Source of the DNA: Kineococcus radiotolerans SRS30216 = ATCC BAA-149
GTDB taxonomy: Bacteria; Actinomycetota; Actinomycetes; Actinomycetales; Kineococcaceae
Direction of reading: 5' to 3'
Length of the DNA stretch: 32,000 bases
Assembly: GCF_000017305.1 (NCBI RefSeq)
Contig: NC_009664.2
Location: 1,320,001-1,352,000 of the forward strand
In this document: positions 15,277 to 24,232 of the stretch, piece by piece
How the letters are laid out: every line of letters starts with the position of its first letter
Numbering within the stretch: position 1 is the stretch's first letter
The notes under the pieces: generated by a model
Told to the model about the DNA's origin: nothing
Seen by the model: only the letters and a program-made list of their open reading frames with translations
Databases searched by the model: none
Position numbers and translations under genes: made by a program

Positions 15277-17880
15277 GTGACCCTGGACGGCTTCGCCGCC
15301 GACGTCGACCGGGGCGCCTCCACCCGCCGGCTGCTGTCCTCCGCCCCCGTCGTCGCCCTGGACCGCCTGACCGTCCTCGCCGCCCGCTCGCTGGACGCCC
15401 CCACCGCCCACCTGTCCCTGCTCGGCGAGGAGCGGCACGTCGTCGCGGCGACCGGGCCCGGCGCGGACCCGCGGGGGCACGCCGGCCCGCTGGCCGGGTC
15501 GCTGTGCGCCGCGACCGCCGTCGAGGGGCTGCCCCTGGTCGTCCCCGACTGCGCCGCCGACGAGCGCGTCGCGGCGCTGCCCGCGGTGCGCTCGGGAGCC
15601 GCCGGCGCCCACCTGGGCGTGCCGCTGCGCGGCCGGGACGGCCACGTCGTGGGGGTGCTGTCCGTCTCCTCGCCGCGGCCCCGGGCCTGGGACGGCGCCG
15701 ACGTCTCGACGCTGACGACCCTCGCCGCCGCCGCCGTGAGCGAGCTGGAACTGTCGGCCCTGGCGGTGGAGCACCGGACCGCCCGGGTCCGGGGGCAGCT
15801 CGCGGTCGCCGCGGGCGGGGTCGGCACCTTCGACTGGGACCTCCTCACCGGCGAGCTGGTCTGGGACGAGCGGCTGCTGGACCTCTTCGGCTACGCCGCC
15901 GACGACTTCGGCCGCGACATCGCCGCCTTCGAGGCCCGCCTGCACCCCGACGACCGGTCCCGGGTCGGCGAGGCGCTGCAGCAGGCCATCGAGACGTGCG
16001 GGCCGTTCGAGGCGGAGTACCGGATCGTCCGCCCGGACGGTTCCACGCGCTGGGTCCAGGCCCGGGGGCAGGCGCTGCCCGACGCCTCCGGGCTCGCGGT
16101 GCGGCTGCTGGGCGCCGCCTACGACACGACGTCCGCGCGCGACGACGACGTCCGGGTCGCCCGGATCCTGGAGTCGATGGCCTCGGCGTTCTTCTTCCTC
16201 GACCGCGGCTGGCGCTTCACCTACGTCAACGCCGAGGCGGAGAAGGTGCTGGGCCGGCGCCGGGAGGAGCTGCTCGGGGGGAACGTCTGGGCCCTGTTCC
16301 CCGACGCGGTCGGCTCCGACTTCGAGACGCACTACCGCTCCGTGGCCCGCGACGGGCGGCCGGCCACCTTCGAGGCGTACTACCCCGCTCCGCTGGACGC
16401 CTGGTTCGAGGTCCACGCCTGGCCGGACCCGGACGGGGTGTCGGTGTACTTCACCGACGTCACCGAGCGGCGGCGGACGCTGCTGGAGCTGGAGTCCGCC
16501 CGGGCGCAGGCGGTGGCCGCGCACGCCGCCACCACCGCCGCCGCGGCCCGGCTGCAGCTGCTGGCCACCGTGGGCGAGGACCTCAGCGCCACGCTCGACG
16601 TGCACGAGGCCGTCGCCCGGCTGAGCCAGCACCTGGTGCCGGCCCTGGCCGACTGGTGCCTGGTCACCCTGGTCGACGAGCACGGCGGGTTGCGCGACGT
16701 CGGCTGCCAGCACAGCGACCCCGCCCTGCTGGACACCGTCCGCGCCTACCGCGACGCCCGGCTGTCCGCGCTCGCCCCCGACTCCTACCTCCACGGGGTC
16801 TGGCGCACCGCCCGGCCGGTGACGATCGGCGCGGGCGCCACGGAGGCCGTCGTCCGCCACCTCGCCGGGGACAGCCCGGCCCGGGACCTGCTGCGGCGGC
16901 TGGCCCCGGAGGCCCTGGAGTGCCTGCCCCTGCGCGCCCACGGGCGCACCGTCGGGCTGCTGACCCTCTTCCACGGCGCCGAGCACGGGCCGCTGGCCCC
17001 GGCGGACCTCCTGCTGGTCACCGAGGTCGCCGACCGCGCGGGGCTCGCGCTGGACAACGCGCGGCTGTACTCCGCCCAGCACCGCATCGCGGAGAGCCTG
17101 CAGCGCAGCCTGCTGACCGCCCCGGTCGAGCCGGACCGGGTGCAGGTGGCGGTCCGGTACCAGCCGGCGGCGCAGGCGGCCCGGGTCGGCGGCGACTGGT
17201 ACGACGCGTTCCTCACCCCCGACGGGTCCACCGTCCTGGTCATCGGCGACGTCGCGGGGCACGACATCGAGGCCGCGGCGCAGATGAGCCAGGTCCGGTC
17301 CCTGCTGCGCGGCATCGCCTACGCCACGGGCGCGGGCCCGGCGACGGTCCTCTCCGGGCTGGACGCGGCGGTGAGCGGCCTGGCCGTGGCCACGACCGCC
17401 ACCGTGGTCGTGGCCCGCCTGGAGCAGGACGCCGACGAGCGCCGGCGCGGGGTCACCCGGCTGCGGTGGGCCAACGCCGGGCACCCGCCGCCGGTCCTGG
17501 TCGGCGCGGACGGGACGGTCCGCCCGCTGGCGGTGCTCCCCCCGCAGCTGCTGCTGGGCATCGACCCGGGCACCCACCGCGCCGACGCCGTCGTCGCCCT
17601 CGAACCCGGCTCGACCGTCCTCATGTTCACCGACGGTCTCGTCGAGCGCCGCGACCGCGGGCTGGAGGAGGGGCTGGAGGAGCTGCAGGAGTGCGTGGCG
17701 GGGCTGGCCGGGCTGACCCTGGACGAGCTGGTCGACGGCGTCCTGGCCCGCCTGGTGCCGCCGGGCCACGACGACGACGTGGCCCTGGTCGCGTTCCGGC
17801 TGCACCCGGTGGACGAGCCCCGTCCCGCGGAGGCCGGCCCCGCCCGGGAGCCGGACGCGGTCCTGCCCGTCCCCCGCTGA
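15277..17880 (+). CDS. Multi-sensor GAF-PAS-PAS-GAF-PP2C (SpoIIE/RsbU-type) serine phosphatase
   Basis: This is the 3' part of tracked ORF 14806..17880, and GTG 15277 is the first canonical in-frame start. An in-frame CTG at 15253 has a much better SD (GGAGGG, 5-nt spacing). The N-terminal GAF is followed by two PAS blocks (FDWDLLTGELVWDERLLDLFGY...; FFFLDRGWRFTYVNAEAEKVLG...) and a second GAF. The PP2C core follows (GGDWYDAF...LVIGDVAGHD...MFTDGLVE). Confidence 0.85.
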   Translation: MTLDGFAADVDRGASTRRLLSSAPVVALDRLTVLAARSLDAPTAHLSLLGEERHVVAATGPGADPRGHAGPLAGSLCAATAVEGLPLVVPDCAADERVAALPAVRSGAAGAHLGVPLRGRDGHVVGVLSVSSPRPRAWDGADVSTLTTLAAAAVSELELSALAVEHRTARVRGQLAVAAGGVGTFDWDLLTGELVWDERLLDLFGYAADDFGRDIAAFEARLHPDDRSRVGEALQQAIETCGPFEAEYRIVRPDGSTRWVQARGQALPDASGLAVRLLGAAYDTTSARDDDVRVARILESMASAFFFLDRGWRFTYVNAEAEKVLGRRREELLGGNVWALFPDAVGSDFETHYRSVARDGRPATFEAYYPAPLDAWFEVHAWPDPDGVSVYFTDVTERRRTLLELESARAQAVAAHAATTAAAARLQLLATVGEDLSATLDVHEAVARLSQHLVPALADWCLVTLVDEHGGLRDVGCQHSDPALLDTVRAYRDARLSALAPDSYLHGVWRTARPVTIGAGATEAVVRHLAGDSPARDLLRRLAPEALECLPLRAHGRTVGLLTLFHGAEHGPLAPADLLLVTEVADRAGLALDNARLYSAQHRIAESLQRSLLTAPVEPDRVQVAVRYQPAAQAARVGGDWYDAFLTPDGSTVLVIGDVAGHDIEAAAQMSQVRSLLRGIAYATGAGPATVLSGLDAAVSGLAVATTATVVVARLEQDADERRRGVTRLRWANAGHPPPVLVGADGTVRPLAVLPPQLLLGIDPGTHRADAVVALEPGSTVLMFTDGLVERRDRGLEEGLEELQECVAGLAGLTLDELVDGVLARLVPPGHDDDVALVAFRLHPVDEPRPAEAGPAREPDAVLPVPR

Positions 17881-17906
17881 CGGCGCCGGGTGAGCGCCGG
17901 GTCAGC
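17876..17906. terminator. Bidirectional stem-loop between convergent PP2C and orphan genes
   Basis: gctgac-ggcgc (cgggtga) gcgcc-gg-gtcagc. It overlaps both stop codons (17878..17880 and 17902..17904). Confidence 0.45.
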
Positions 17907-18540
17907 GGGCGCCCGCCCCCCGGACCTCGGCGAGGAGCTTCACGACCTGCCGCACCTCGGCCAGCGGGGCGCCGCGGGCGATCAGCGCCGTGGGCAGCTG
18001 CGCCCGCCGGTGCGCGGGGAGGTCGGCGAGGACGGCGAGCGTCCGCTCGGGCGAGGACGGCATCCCGTGCTCGCCGGAGGCCAGCCGGGTCACCGTGCGC
18101 AGCCACTGCTCGTCCACGGCCGCCGTCGCCGCGCCGGTCCCCGGCCCGGCCGGGGCGAGCGCGACCGCGGGCGTCACCGACGCCCAGCCGGCGACCTGGC
18201 CGGCGACCCCCTCGACGACGCAGAGCGCGGCCCCGTGGGCGCGCTGGACGGCCAGGTGCAGGGCGGCCTGGTCGGGGCGGTGGGCGAGGACCGGCACGCC
18301 CCACGGCGCGGCGGCGCTGGTCCGGGGGGTGGCGGAGCGGTGGCGGCGGGCGAGGGCGAGCAGCCGGGGCGTGACCGTCACGGTCATCTTGTCGTTGGTG
18401 ACCAGCAGCCCGCGGGTGCCCGTCTCCGCGCAGCGCTCCTCCCACCAGGCGACGGCGGTCTCGAGGGCGGCGTCGGGCGGGGCGTCCCCGCGGGCGGGCA
18501 CCCACGCCGCCCGGTAGGTCGGGGCGATCCGCAGCGGCAC
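17902..18540 (-). CDS. Hypothetical protein (212 aa)
   Basis: GTG start with GGGAGG about 13 nt upstream. GC3 is consistently high and the composition is Ala/Leu/Val-rich rather than Arg/Pro-rich. I recognise no family. Confidence 0.6.
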   Translation of the reverse strand: MPLRIAPTYRAAWVPARGDAPPDAALETAVAWWEERCAETGTRGLLVTNDKMTVTVTPRLLALARRHRSATPRTSAAAPWGVPVLAHRPDQAALHLAVQRAHGAALCVVEGVAGQVAGWASVTPAVALAPAGPGTGAATAAVDEQWLRTVTRLASGEHGMPSSPERTLAVLADLPAHRRAQLPTALIARGAPLAEVRQVVKLLAEVRGAGAR

Positions 18541-18614
18541 GGCCCGACGGTACCTCCCGGCCGCGCCCCGACCGCGCCCCGACCGCGGTGGTCCCCGGCG
18601 CGGCGTAGGGTCCG

Positions 18615-19799
18615 GTGCCCGTGAGACTCGCCCAGCGCGCCCGGACCGTGCAGCCGTTCCACGCCCTGGCCTTCGGCCAGCAGGCCGCCGACCTCGAGGC
18701 CCGGGGTGAGCACGTGGTCCGCCTCAGCATCGGGGAGCCGGACTTCGGCGCGCCCCCGGCGGTGCGGGAGGCGATGCGGGAGGTGATGGACGGCCGTCCC
18801 CTGCCCTACACCCCGTCGACGGGGGCGCCGGCGCTGCGGCGGGCCATCGCCGGGTTCTACCGCGACCGGCACGGCGTGGAGGTCGACCCGGAGCGGATCG
18901 TCGTCACCTCCGGGGCGTCCTCGGCGCTGCTGCTCGTGCTGGCCGCGACGGTCGACCCGGGGTCGGAGGTCGTGGTGGCCGACCCCTCCTACCCGTGCAA
19001 CCGGCAGCTCGTGGAGACCTTCGGCGGGGTGGTGGCCGCGGTGGCGACCACCGCCGCGTCGCGCTACCAGCTGGACCCGGCCTCGGTGGAGCGCGCCTGG
19101 AGCGAGCGCACCGCCGCCGTCATGGTCGCCACCCCGTCGAACCCCACCGGGACCTCCGTGCCGCCGGGGCAGCTGGCGGAGATCTGCGCGCTGGCCCGCG
19201 CCCGCGGGGCGTGGCGGATCGTGGACGAGATCTACCTCGACCTCGCCGACCCCTCCCCGGGGGGCGCCGCCCCCCGCACCGTCCTCGCCGTCGACCCGGA
19301 CGCGGTGGTGGTGAACAGCTTCTCGAAGTACTTCGGCATGACCGGGTGGCGGCTGGGGTGGGCGGTCCTGCCCGCGGAACTCGTCCCGGCGGTGGAGAAG
19401 CTGGCGATGAACTACTTCCTCTGCGCCTCGGCCCCGGCCCAGCAGGCCGCGCTGGCCTGCTTCACCCCGGAGTCGCTGGCCCTGTGCGAGGAACGGCGCG
19501 TGGAGCTCGCCGCCCGCCGGCGCGCCGTGCTGGACGGGCTGGCCGGGCTGGGCCTGCCCGTCCCCGTCGAACCCGACGGCGCGTTCTACGTGTACTTCGA
19601 CGTCTCGGGGACGGGACTGGGTTCGTGGGAGTTCTGCGAGCGCGCCCTGCGGGAGGCGCACGTGGCCCTGACCCCAGGCCGCGACTTCGGCGTCGACACG
19701 GCCGAGACCCACGTGCGGTTGTCGTACGCGGCCTCGCGCGCGGAGATCGCCGAGGGGTTGCGGCGCCTGGGCGCGTTCCTGGCCGGCCTCAGGCCCTGA
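18615..19799 (+). CDS. Pyridoxal-phosphate-dependent aminotransferase, class I/II (aspartate-aminotransferase-like)
   Basis: 394 aa. LSIGEPDFGAPPAV, TSGASSALLL, ATPSNPTGT, and the PLP-lysine block NSFSKYFGMTGWRLGW are hallmark class-I aminotransferase motifs. An alternative GTG at 18621 lies 2 codons downstream. Confidence 0.9.
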   Translation: MPVRLAQRARTVQPFHALAFGQQAADLEARGEHVVRLSIGEPDFGAPPAVREAMREVMDGRPLPYTPSTGAPALRRAIAGFYRDRHGVEVDPERIVVTSGASSALLLVLAATVDPGSEVVVADPSYPCNRQLVETFGGVVAAVATTAASRYQLDPASVERAWSERTAAVMVATPSNPTGTSVPPGQLAEICALARARGAWRIVDEIYLDLADPSPGGAAPRTVLAVDPDAVVVNSFSKYFGMTGWRLGWAVLPAELVPAVEKLAMNYFLCASAPAQQAALACFTPESLALCEERRVELAARRRAVLDGLAGLGLPVPVEPDGAFYVYFDVSGTGLGSWEFCERALREAHVALTPGRDFGVDTAETHVRLSYAASRAEIAEGLRRLGAFLAGLRP

Positions 19800-20265
19800 C
19801 CGCCGGCGCGGGGCCGGGTTCCTCGGGCGGGCGGGGGCGGGCGGCGCGCAGGCTGCGCGGGACCGGCAACCGGCGGGGCTGGGTCCCGCGGGCCCGTCGC
19901 CGCCGCGCCGCGGCCTCCCGCTCGGCGAGGAGCAGCGCGCGCCGCGCGGCCCGGGCGGGGTCCTGCGGTGAGCTCACCGCCCGCACCGCTCGCCGTGGGT
20001 GGGGCGGGCGGTGGGGCGGGGGGCCGTGATCATCGTTCTCCACAGGTGCGTTCAGGGCGTCGTCCCCGAAGAGTAGGTGGCCCGACCGCGCCCGGCAGCC
20101 CGGAACGCCTGCGCTGCAACCGAGCGTGACGCTGCGCGATCGGCGCGGACCGGGGTTCGGGTGGTGGGCGGCGCCCGGGGACAGCAAGCTCGGGCGGACG
20201 GGGCGCCCGGACGGGGCGCCGCAGGGACGAGGACGAGGGACGACGATGATCGACGAGGACCAGCC

Positions 20266-21174
20266 GTGAGGTACCGCGACGACGCGAGCCTGGACCCCGG
20301 CGGCGTGCAGGACCGGCGGGGCGGCGGCGGGCGGACGGTCGCGCTGGGCGGCGGTGGCCTGGGCATCGTGGGCGTGCTCGTGCTCGTCCTGTTCCAGGTC
20401 CTCGGCAGCGGGGGTCCCGACGGGTCCGGCACGCGCTCCGCGGGGGTCTTCGACCAGCTGGGCCAGGGGCAGAGCGTGGGCGGTGCGGAACTGGCCTCCT
20501 CCTGCCGCACCGGCGCCGACGCCAACGCGCGGACGGAGTGCGCGCTGGTCGCCGACATCGAGTCCGTGCAGGACTACTGGACCGCGGTGCTCGGGAACGG
20601 GTACACCGCCACCGACACCGTGTTCTTCTCCGGCGGGACGCAGACCGGCTGCGGGGCGGCGTCCTCGGGGACCGGGCCCTTCTACTGCCCCGCCGACCAG
20701 CTCGTGTACGTGGACCTCTCCTTCTTCGACGAGCTGCGCACGCGGTTCGGCGCCGAGGGCGGGTCCTTCGTCAACGCCTACGTCCTCGCCCACGAGTACG
20801 GCCACCACGTGCAGCACCTGCTGGGCACCACCGACGCGGTGCCGGCGGGCGCGGCCGGTCCCGACAGCGCCAGCGTGCGGCTGGAGCTGCAGGCCGACTG
20901 CTACGCGGGGACGTGGGCGAACCACGCCACCACCGTCCCGGACGACTCCGGCGCCCCGCTGATCGCCGAGATCACCGCCGACGACGTGGAACGCGCCCTC
21001 GACACGGCCGGGCGCATCGGTGACGACTTCATCCAGACCGAGCTCGGGAACGGCAGCGCCGACCCGGACTCCTACACCCACGGCACCTCGGAGCAGCGCC
21101 GGCACTGGTTCAGCACCGGGTACGAGACCGGCGACCCCCGGCAGTGCGACACCTTCAGCGCCACCACCCTCTGA
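20266..21174 (+). CDS. Putative neutral zinc metallopeptidase (YpfJ family), N-terminal membrane anchor
   Basis: GTG 20266 lies within tracked ORF 20077..21174. VRYRDDASLDPGGVQDRRGGGG followed by a TM helix (LGIVGVLVLVLFQVL) matches YpfJ-type N-termini. It also has GPFYCPADQLVYVDLSFF, the HExxH site (LAHEYGHHVQ) and LELQADCYAG. Confidence 0.85.
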   Translation: MRYRDDASLDPGGVQDRRGGGGRTVALGGGGLGIVGVLVLVLFQVLGSGGPDGSGTRSAGVFDQLGQGQSVGGAELASSCRTGADANARTECALVADIESVQDYWTAVLGNGYTATDTVFFSGGTQTGCGAASSGTGPFYCPADQLVYVDLSFFDELRTRFGAEGGSFVNAYVLAHEYGHHVQHLLGTTDAVPAGAAGPDSASVRLELQADCYAGTWANHATTVPDDSGAPLIAEITADDVERALDTAGRIGDDFIQTELGNGSADPDSYTHGTSEQRRHWFSTGYETGDPRQCDTFSATTL

Positions 21175-21183
21175 GCGGACCCC

Positions 21184-21681
21184 TCAGGGACGGGGCAGTT
21201 CCTTCTCGAAGGGCAGCGGGCCGATGGTCTCGGGGTCGGCGGTGACGTCGAACAGCGGCCGGTAGCCCGCGGTGAGGTAGAGGTGCCTCGCCTCGGGCTG
21301 GCGCGGCCCGGTCGTCAGGTGCAGGCGGGAGTAGCCGGCGGCGACGGCGCGGCGCTCGAGCTCCCGCAGCACCCGCCGTCCCAGGCCGCGCCGCCGGTGC
21401 CCGGGGTGGGTCCAGATCCGCTTGAGCTCCGCGGTGCGCTCGTCGTAGCGGCGGTAGGCGCCGCCGGCGACGGGCGCACCGTCCTCCAGCAGCAGGAGCA
21501 GCACGCCGTGCGGTTCCTCGAACTCCGCCGGCGGGTAGCGCTCGAGTTCTCGCCGCACCTGCTCGGGCGTCCCGCCGTAGCGGGCCCCGTACTCCCGGGC
21601 CAGGTCCTCGAACAGCGGGCGGGCCAGCTCGTCGCGGGTCCCCACCGCGCGGACGGCGAGCTCGACGGGTTCCGCGGTCAC
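21184..21681 (-). CDS. GNAT-family N-acetyltransferase, last gene of the ABC operon
   Basis: This is the 3' part of tracked ORF 21184..23082. GTG 21681 overlaps the ATPase stop (GTGA). The GNAT core is AELKRIWTHPGHRRRGLGRRVLRELERRAVAAGYSRLHLTTGPRQPEARHLYLTAGYRPL. Confidence 0.8.
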   Translation of the reverse strand: MTAEPVELAVRAVGTRDELARPLFEDLAREYGARYGGTPEQVRRELERYPPAEFEEPHGVLLLLLEDGAPVAGGAYRRYDERTAELKRIWTHPGHRRRGLGRRVLRELERRAVAAGYSRLHLTTGPRQPEARHLYLTAGYRPLFDVTADPETIGPLPFEKELPRP

Positions 21682-23333
21682 GACACGTCCTCCAGCGCCC
21701 GCCGGCCGGGGATGGCCTCCAGCAGTTCGACGGTGTACTCGTGCCGGGGGCGGGAGAACACCTCGTCGGTGGGTCCGAGCTCGACGAGTTCCCCCCGGCG
21801 CACGACACCCACCCGGTCGCTGACCTGGCGGACCACGGCCAGGTCGTGGGAGATGAACAGGTAGCTCAGGCCGTGGTCGGCCTGCAGCTGCACCAGCAGT
21901 TCCAGGATCTGCGCCTGGACCGAGACGTCGAGGGCGGAGACGGGTTCGTCGCACACCACGAGCTCCGGTTCCAGGGCCAGCGCGCGGGCGATCGCGACCC
22001 GCTGCCGCTGCCCGCCGGACAGTTCCGCGGGCCGGCGTTCGAGAAGGCCGGCCGGCAGCCGGACCTGGTCCAGCAGGGACGCCGCGCGCCGCCGACGCGA
22101 CGCCCGGTCCCCGATCCCGAAGGCGCGCAGGGGTTCCGCGACCGTCTCCCCCACCGCGACGCGCGGGTCCAGCGAGGCGTAGGGGTTCTGGTAGACCAGC
22201 TGCACCCGCCGGCGCAGTTCGCGCCAGGCCGCCCCCCTCAGACCGGCCGTCGGTTCCCCGTCGAACCGCACCTCCCCCGAGGTCGGCCGCTCCAGCCCCA
22301 GGACGAGGCGGGCGGTGGTGGTCTTGCCCGACCCGGACTCCCCCACGAGGGCGAGGGTCTCGCCGCGGGCGACGTCGAAGCTCACCCCGGCGACGGCGGT
22401 CTGGGTGCGGCCGCGCCCGGGCAGCGGGAACTCCTTCACCAGGTCGCGCACCTGGACCAGCGGTCCGGACGCGCGGGGCGCCGGGGGTTCCGGGGGTTCC
22501 GGGGGTGCGGTGCGGGGGCGCGGGCGGGCGGTGATCCGGGCGCTGGAGAGGCTGGGCGCGCTGGCCAGCAGGGACGCCGTGTACGGGTGTCGGGGCCGGG
22601 TGAGGACCTGGTGCGCGGTGCCGACCTCGACGACCTCGCCCCCGGACATCACCACGACCCGCGACGCCCGGTCCGCGGCGACGGCGAGGTCGTGGGTGAT
22701 GAGCAGCACGGCCGTCCCGGCGTCGCGGGTCAGCGCCTCCAGGTGGTCGAGGACCTGCCGCTGGACGGTGACGTCGAGGGCGCTGGTCGGTTCGTCGGCG
22801 ACGAGCAGCCGGGGGCCGGCGGCGAGGCCGATGGCGATGAGGACGCGCTGGCGCATGCCGCCGGAGAGTTCCGTCGGGTACTGCCGCGCGCGCAGGGCGG
22901 CGTCGGGCAGGCCGGCGGCGGTGAGCAGGTCGACGGCCCGCGCCCGGGCGGCCGCTCCCCGGGCCAGGCCGTGGACGTGCAGCGCCTCGGCGACCTGGTC
23001 GCCGATGCGCTCGACCGGGTTCAGCGACAGCGTGGGGTCCTGCGGGACGAGCCCGATGCGGGCCCCGCGGACCCGGCGCCACGCACCCTCCCCCAGCCCG
23101 ACCAGTTCGTCGCCCTCCAGCAGGACGGAGCCGGAGTCGACGGAACCGTTGCCGGGCAGCAGACCCACGACGGCGTGCGCCGTGGTGCTCTTGCCGGAGC
23201 CGGACTCGCCGACGACCGCGACGACCTCGCCCGGGTGCACGTCGAAGGACGCGCCGTGGACGACCTCGCGCCGCCCGTCCCGCCCGGCGTAGGAGATCCG
23301 CAGGTCCTCGACCTGCAGCAGGGGGGTGCTCAC
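21678..23333 (-). CDS. Fused double ABC ATPase (DppD/DppF-like halves in one chain, GsiA-like architecture)
   Basis: 551 aa from GTG 23333, which overlaps the permease stop as GTGA. There are two Walker A sites (GESGSGKST, GESGSGKTT) and two signature motifs (LSGGMRQRV, LSGGQRQRVAIARAL). Confidence 0.9.
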   Translation of the reverse strand: MSTPLLQVEDLRISYAGRDGRREVVHGASFDVHPGEVVAVVGESGSGKSTTAHAVVGLLPGNGSVDSGSVLLEGDELVGLGEGAWRRVRGARIGLVPQDPTLSLNPVERIGDQVAEALHVHGLARGAAARARAVDLLTAAGLPDAALRARQYPTELSGGMRQRVLIAIGLAAGPRLLVADEPTSALDVTVQRQVLDHLEALTRDAGTAVLLITHDLAVAADRASRVVVMSGGEVVEVGTAHQVLTRPRHPYTASLLASAPSLSSARITARPRPRTAPPEPPEPPAPRASGPLVQVRDLVKEFPLPGRGRTQTAVAGVSFDVARGETLALVGESGSGKTTTARLVLGLERPTSGEVRFDGEPTAGLRGAAWRELRRRVQLVYQNPYASLDPRVAVGETVAEPLRAFGIGDRASRRRRAASLLDQVRLPAGLLERRPAELSGGQRQRVAIARALALEPELVVCDEPVSALDVSVQAQILELLVQLQADHGLSYLFISHDLAVVRQVSDRVGVVRRGELVELGPTDEVFSRPRHEYTVELLEAIPGRRALEDVS

Positions 23334-24232
23334 GCGTCGGTCCCCCTCTCCAGCGCCCGGGCGATCCGGTTGGCCGACAGCACGACCGCCGCGACCACCA
23401 GCCCGGGCAGCGTCGTCAGCCACCACGACGTCGCGAGGTAGTCGCGCCCGCCCGAGACGAGCGAACCCCACTCCGGCGCCGGTGGCGGCGCGCCGAAGCC
23501 GAGGAAGCTGAGGGCGGAGACGGCGAGGACGGCCATCCCGAACTCCAGCGCCGACAGCGCGAGGACGGGGCCGGCCGCGTTGGGCAGGACGTGGCGCAGC
23601 AGGACGCCGGTGGTCCGGACCCCGCTGGCCCGCGCGGCCTCCACGTAGACGGCCCCGCTCACCCGGAGGACCTCCGCGCGCATGACGCGGGCGAAGTTCG
23701 CGACCGTCCCCAGGCCCACCGCGACGGCGACCTCGACCGTGCCGAAACCCAGGGCGGTGATGAGGGCCATGGACAGCAGCAGCGAGGGGACGGAGAGCAG
23801 CACGTCCACGAAGCGCATCAGCACGTCGTCGACGACCCCGCGCGCGGAACCCGCGACGAGACCGACCAGCGTCCCCGCGACGAACCCGACGAGCACGGCG
23901 AGGACGGTCGCCTCCAGGGTCAGCCGCGCGCCGTGGACGACGCGGGCGAACAGGTCGCGGCCGAGGTGGTCGGTGCCGAACGGGTGCGCGGCCGACGGGC
24001 CCTGCAGCCGGTCGTCGGGGATCCCCCGGACCGGGCTCTGCGCGGTGAACAGGGTCGGGGCCACCGCCCAGGCGAGCACGAGCAGGATCACCAGCGCGGC
24101 GACGACGACGCCGGGGCGGCGCCACCGGGCCGGGATCCCGCGGCGGGGTGCGGGGGCGCGGCGGTACCGCTCCCCGATGTCGAGGACGTCGAGGACGGCC
24201 TCGGGCGCTTCCCGGTTCACTCCGACGGTCAT
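23330..24232 (-). CDS. ABC peptide/nickel-type permease (DppC/OppC-like)
   Basis: 300 aa from ATG 24232, with a 1-nt overlap (TGATG) on the upstream permease stop. It has the typical N-terminal PFGTDHLGRDLFARVVHGAR and the EAA loop YVEAARASGVRTTGVLLRHVLPN. Confidence 0.9.
   Translation of the reverse strand: MTVGVNREAPEAVLDVLDIGERYRRAPAPRRGIPARWRRPGVVVAALVILLVLAWAVAPTLFTAQSPVRGIPDDRLQGPSAAHPFGTDHLGRDLFARVVHGARLTLEATVLAVLVGFVAGTLVGLVAGSARGVVDDVLMRFVDVLLSVPSLLLSMALITALGFGTVEVAVAVGLGTVANFARVMRAEVLRVSGAVYVEAARASGVRTTGVLLRHVLPNAAGPVLALSALEFGMAVLAVSALSFLGFGAPPPAPEWGSLVSGGRDYLATSWWLTTLPGLVVAAVVLSANRIARALERGTDA

Noticed and set aside
14863-18374. ORFs 14863..17805 (-, 980 aa) and 15504..18374 (+, 956 aa)
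   Set aside because: They are antisense or off-frame to the well-supported PP2C gene. Only the last 48 codons of the minus-strand ORF (14863..15009) form a credible gene with its own SD.
19997-20023. G-quadruplex-forming G-run cluster as a stand-alone regulatory element
   Set aside because: G-runs of this kind are expected by chance at this GC content. It is noted only as part of the long-spacer finding.
19789-21105. ORF 19789..21105 (-, 438 aa), and its possible 84-aa 3' sub-ORF starting at GTG 20043
   Set aside because: Most of it is antisense to the YpfJ peptidase gene. The 84-aa remainder is Arg/Pro/Ala-rich (high GC at codon position 2), has no SD and overlaps the aminotransferase 3' end, so it looks like a shadow frame.
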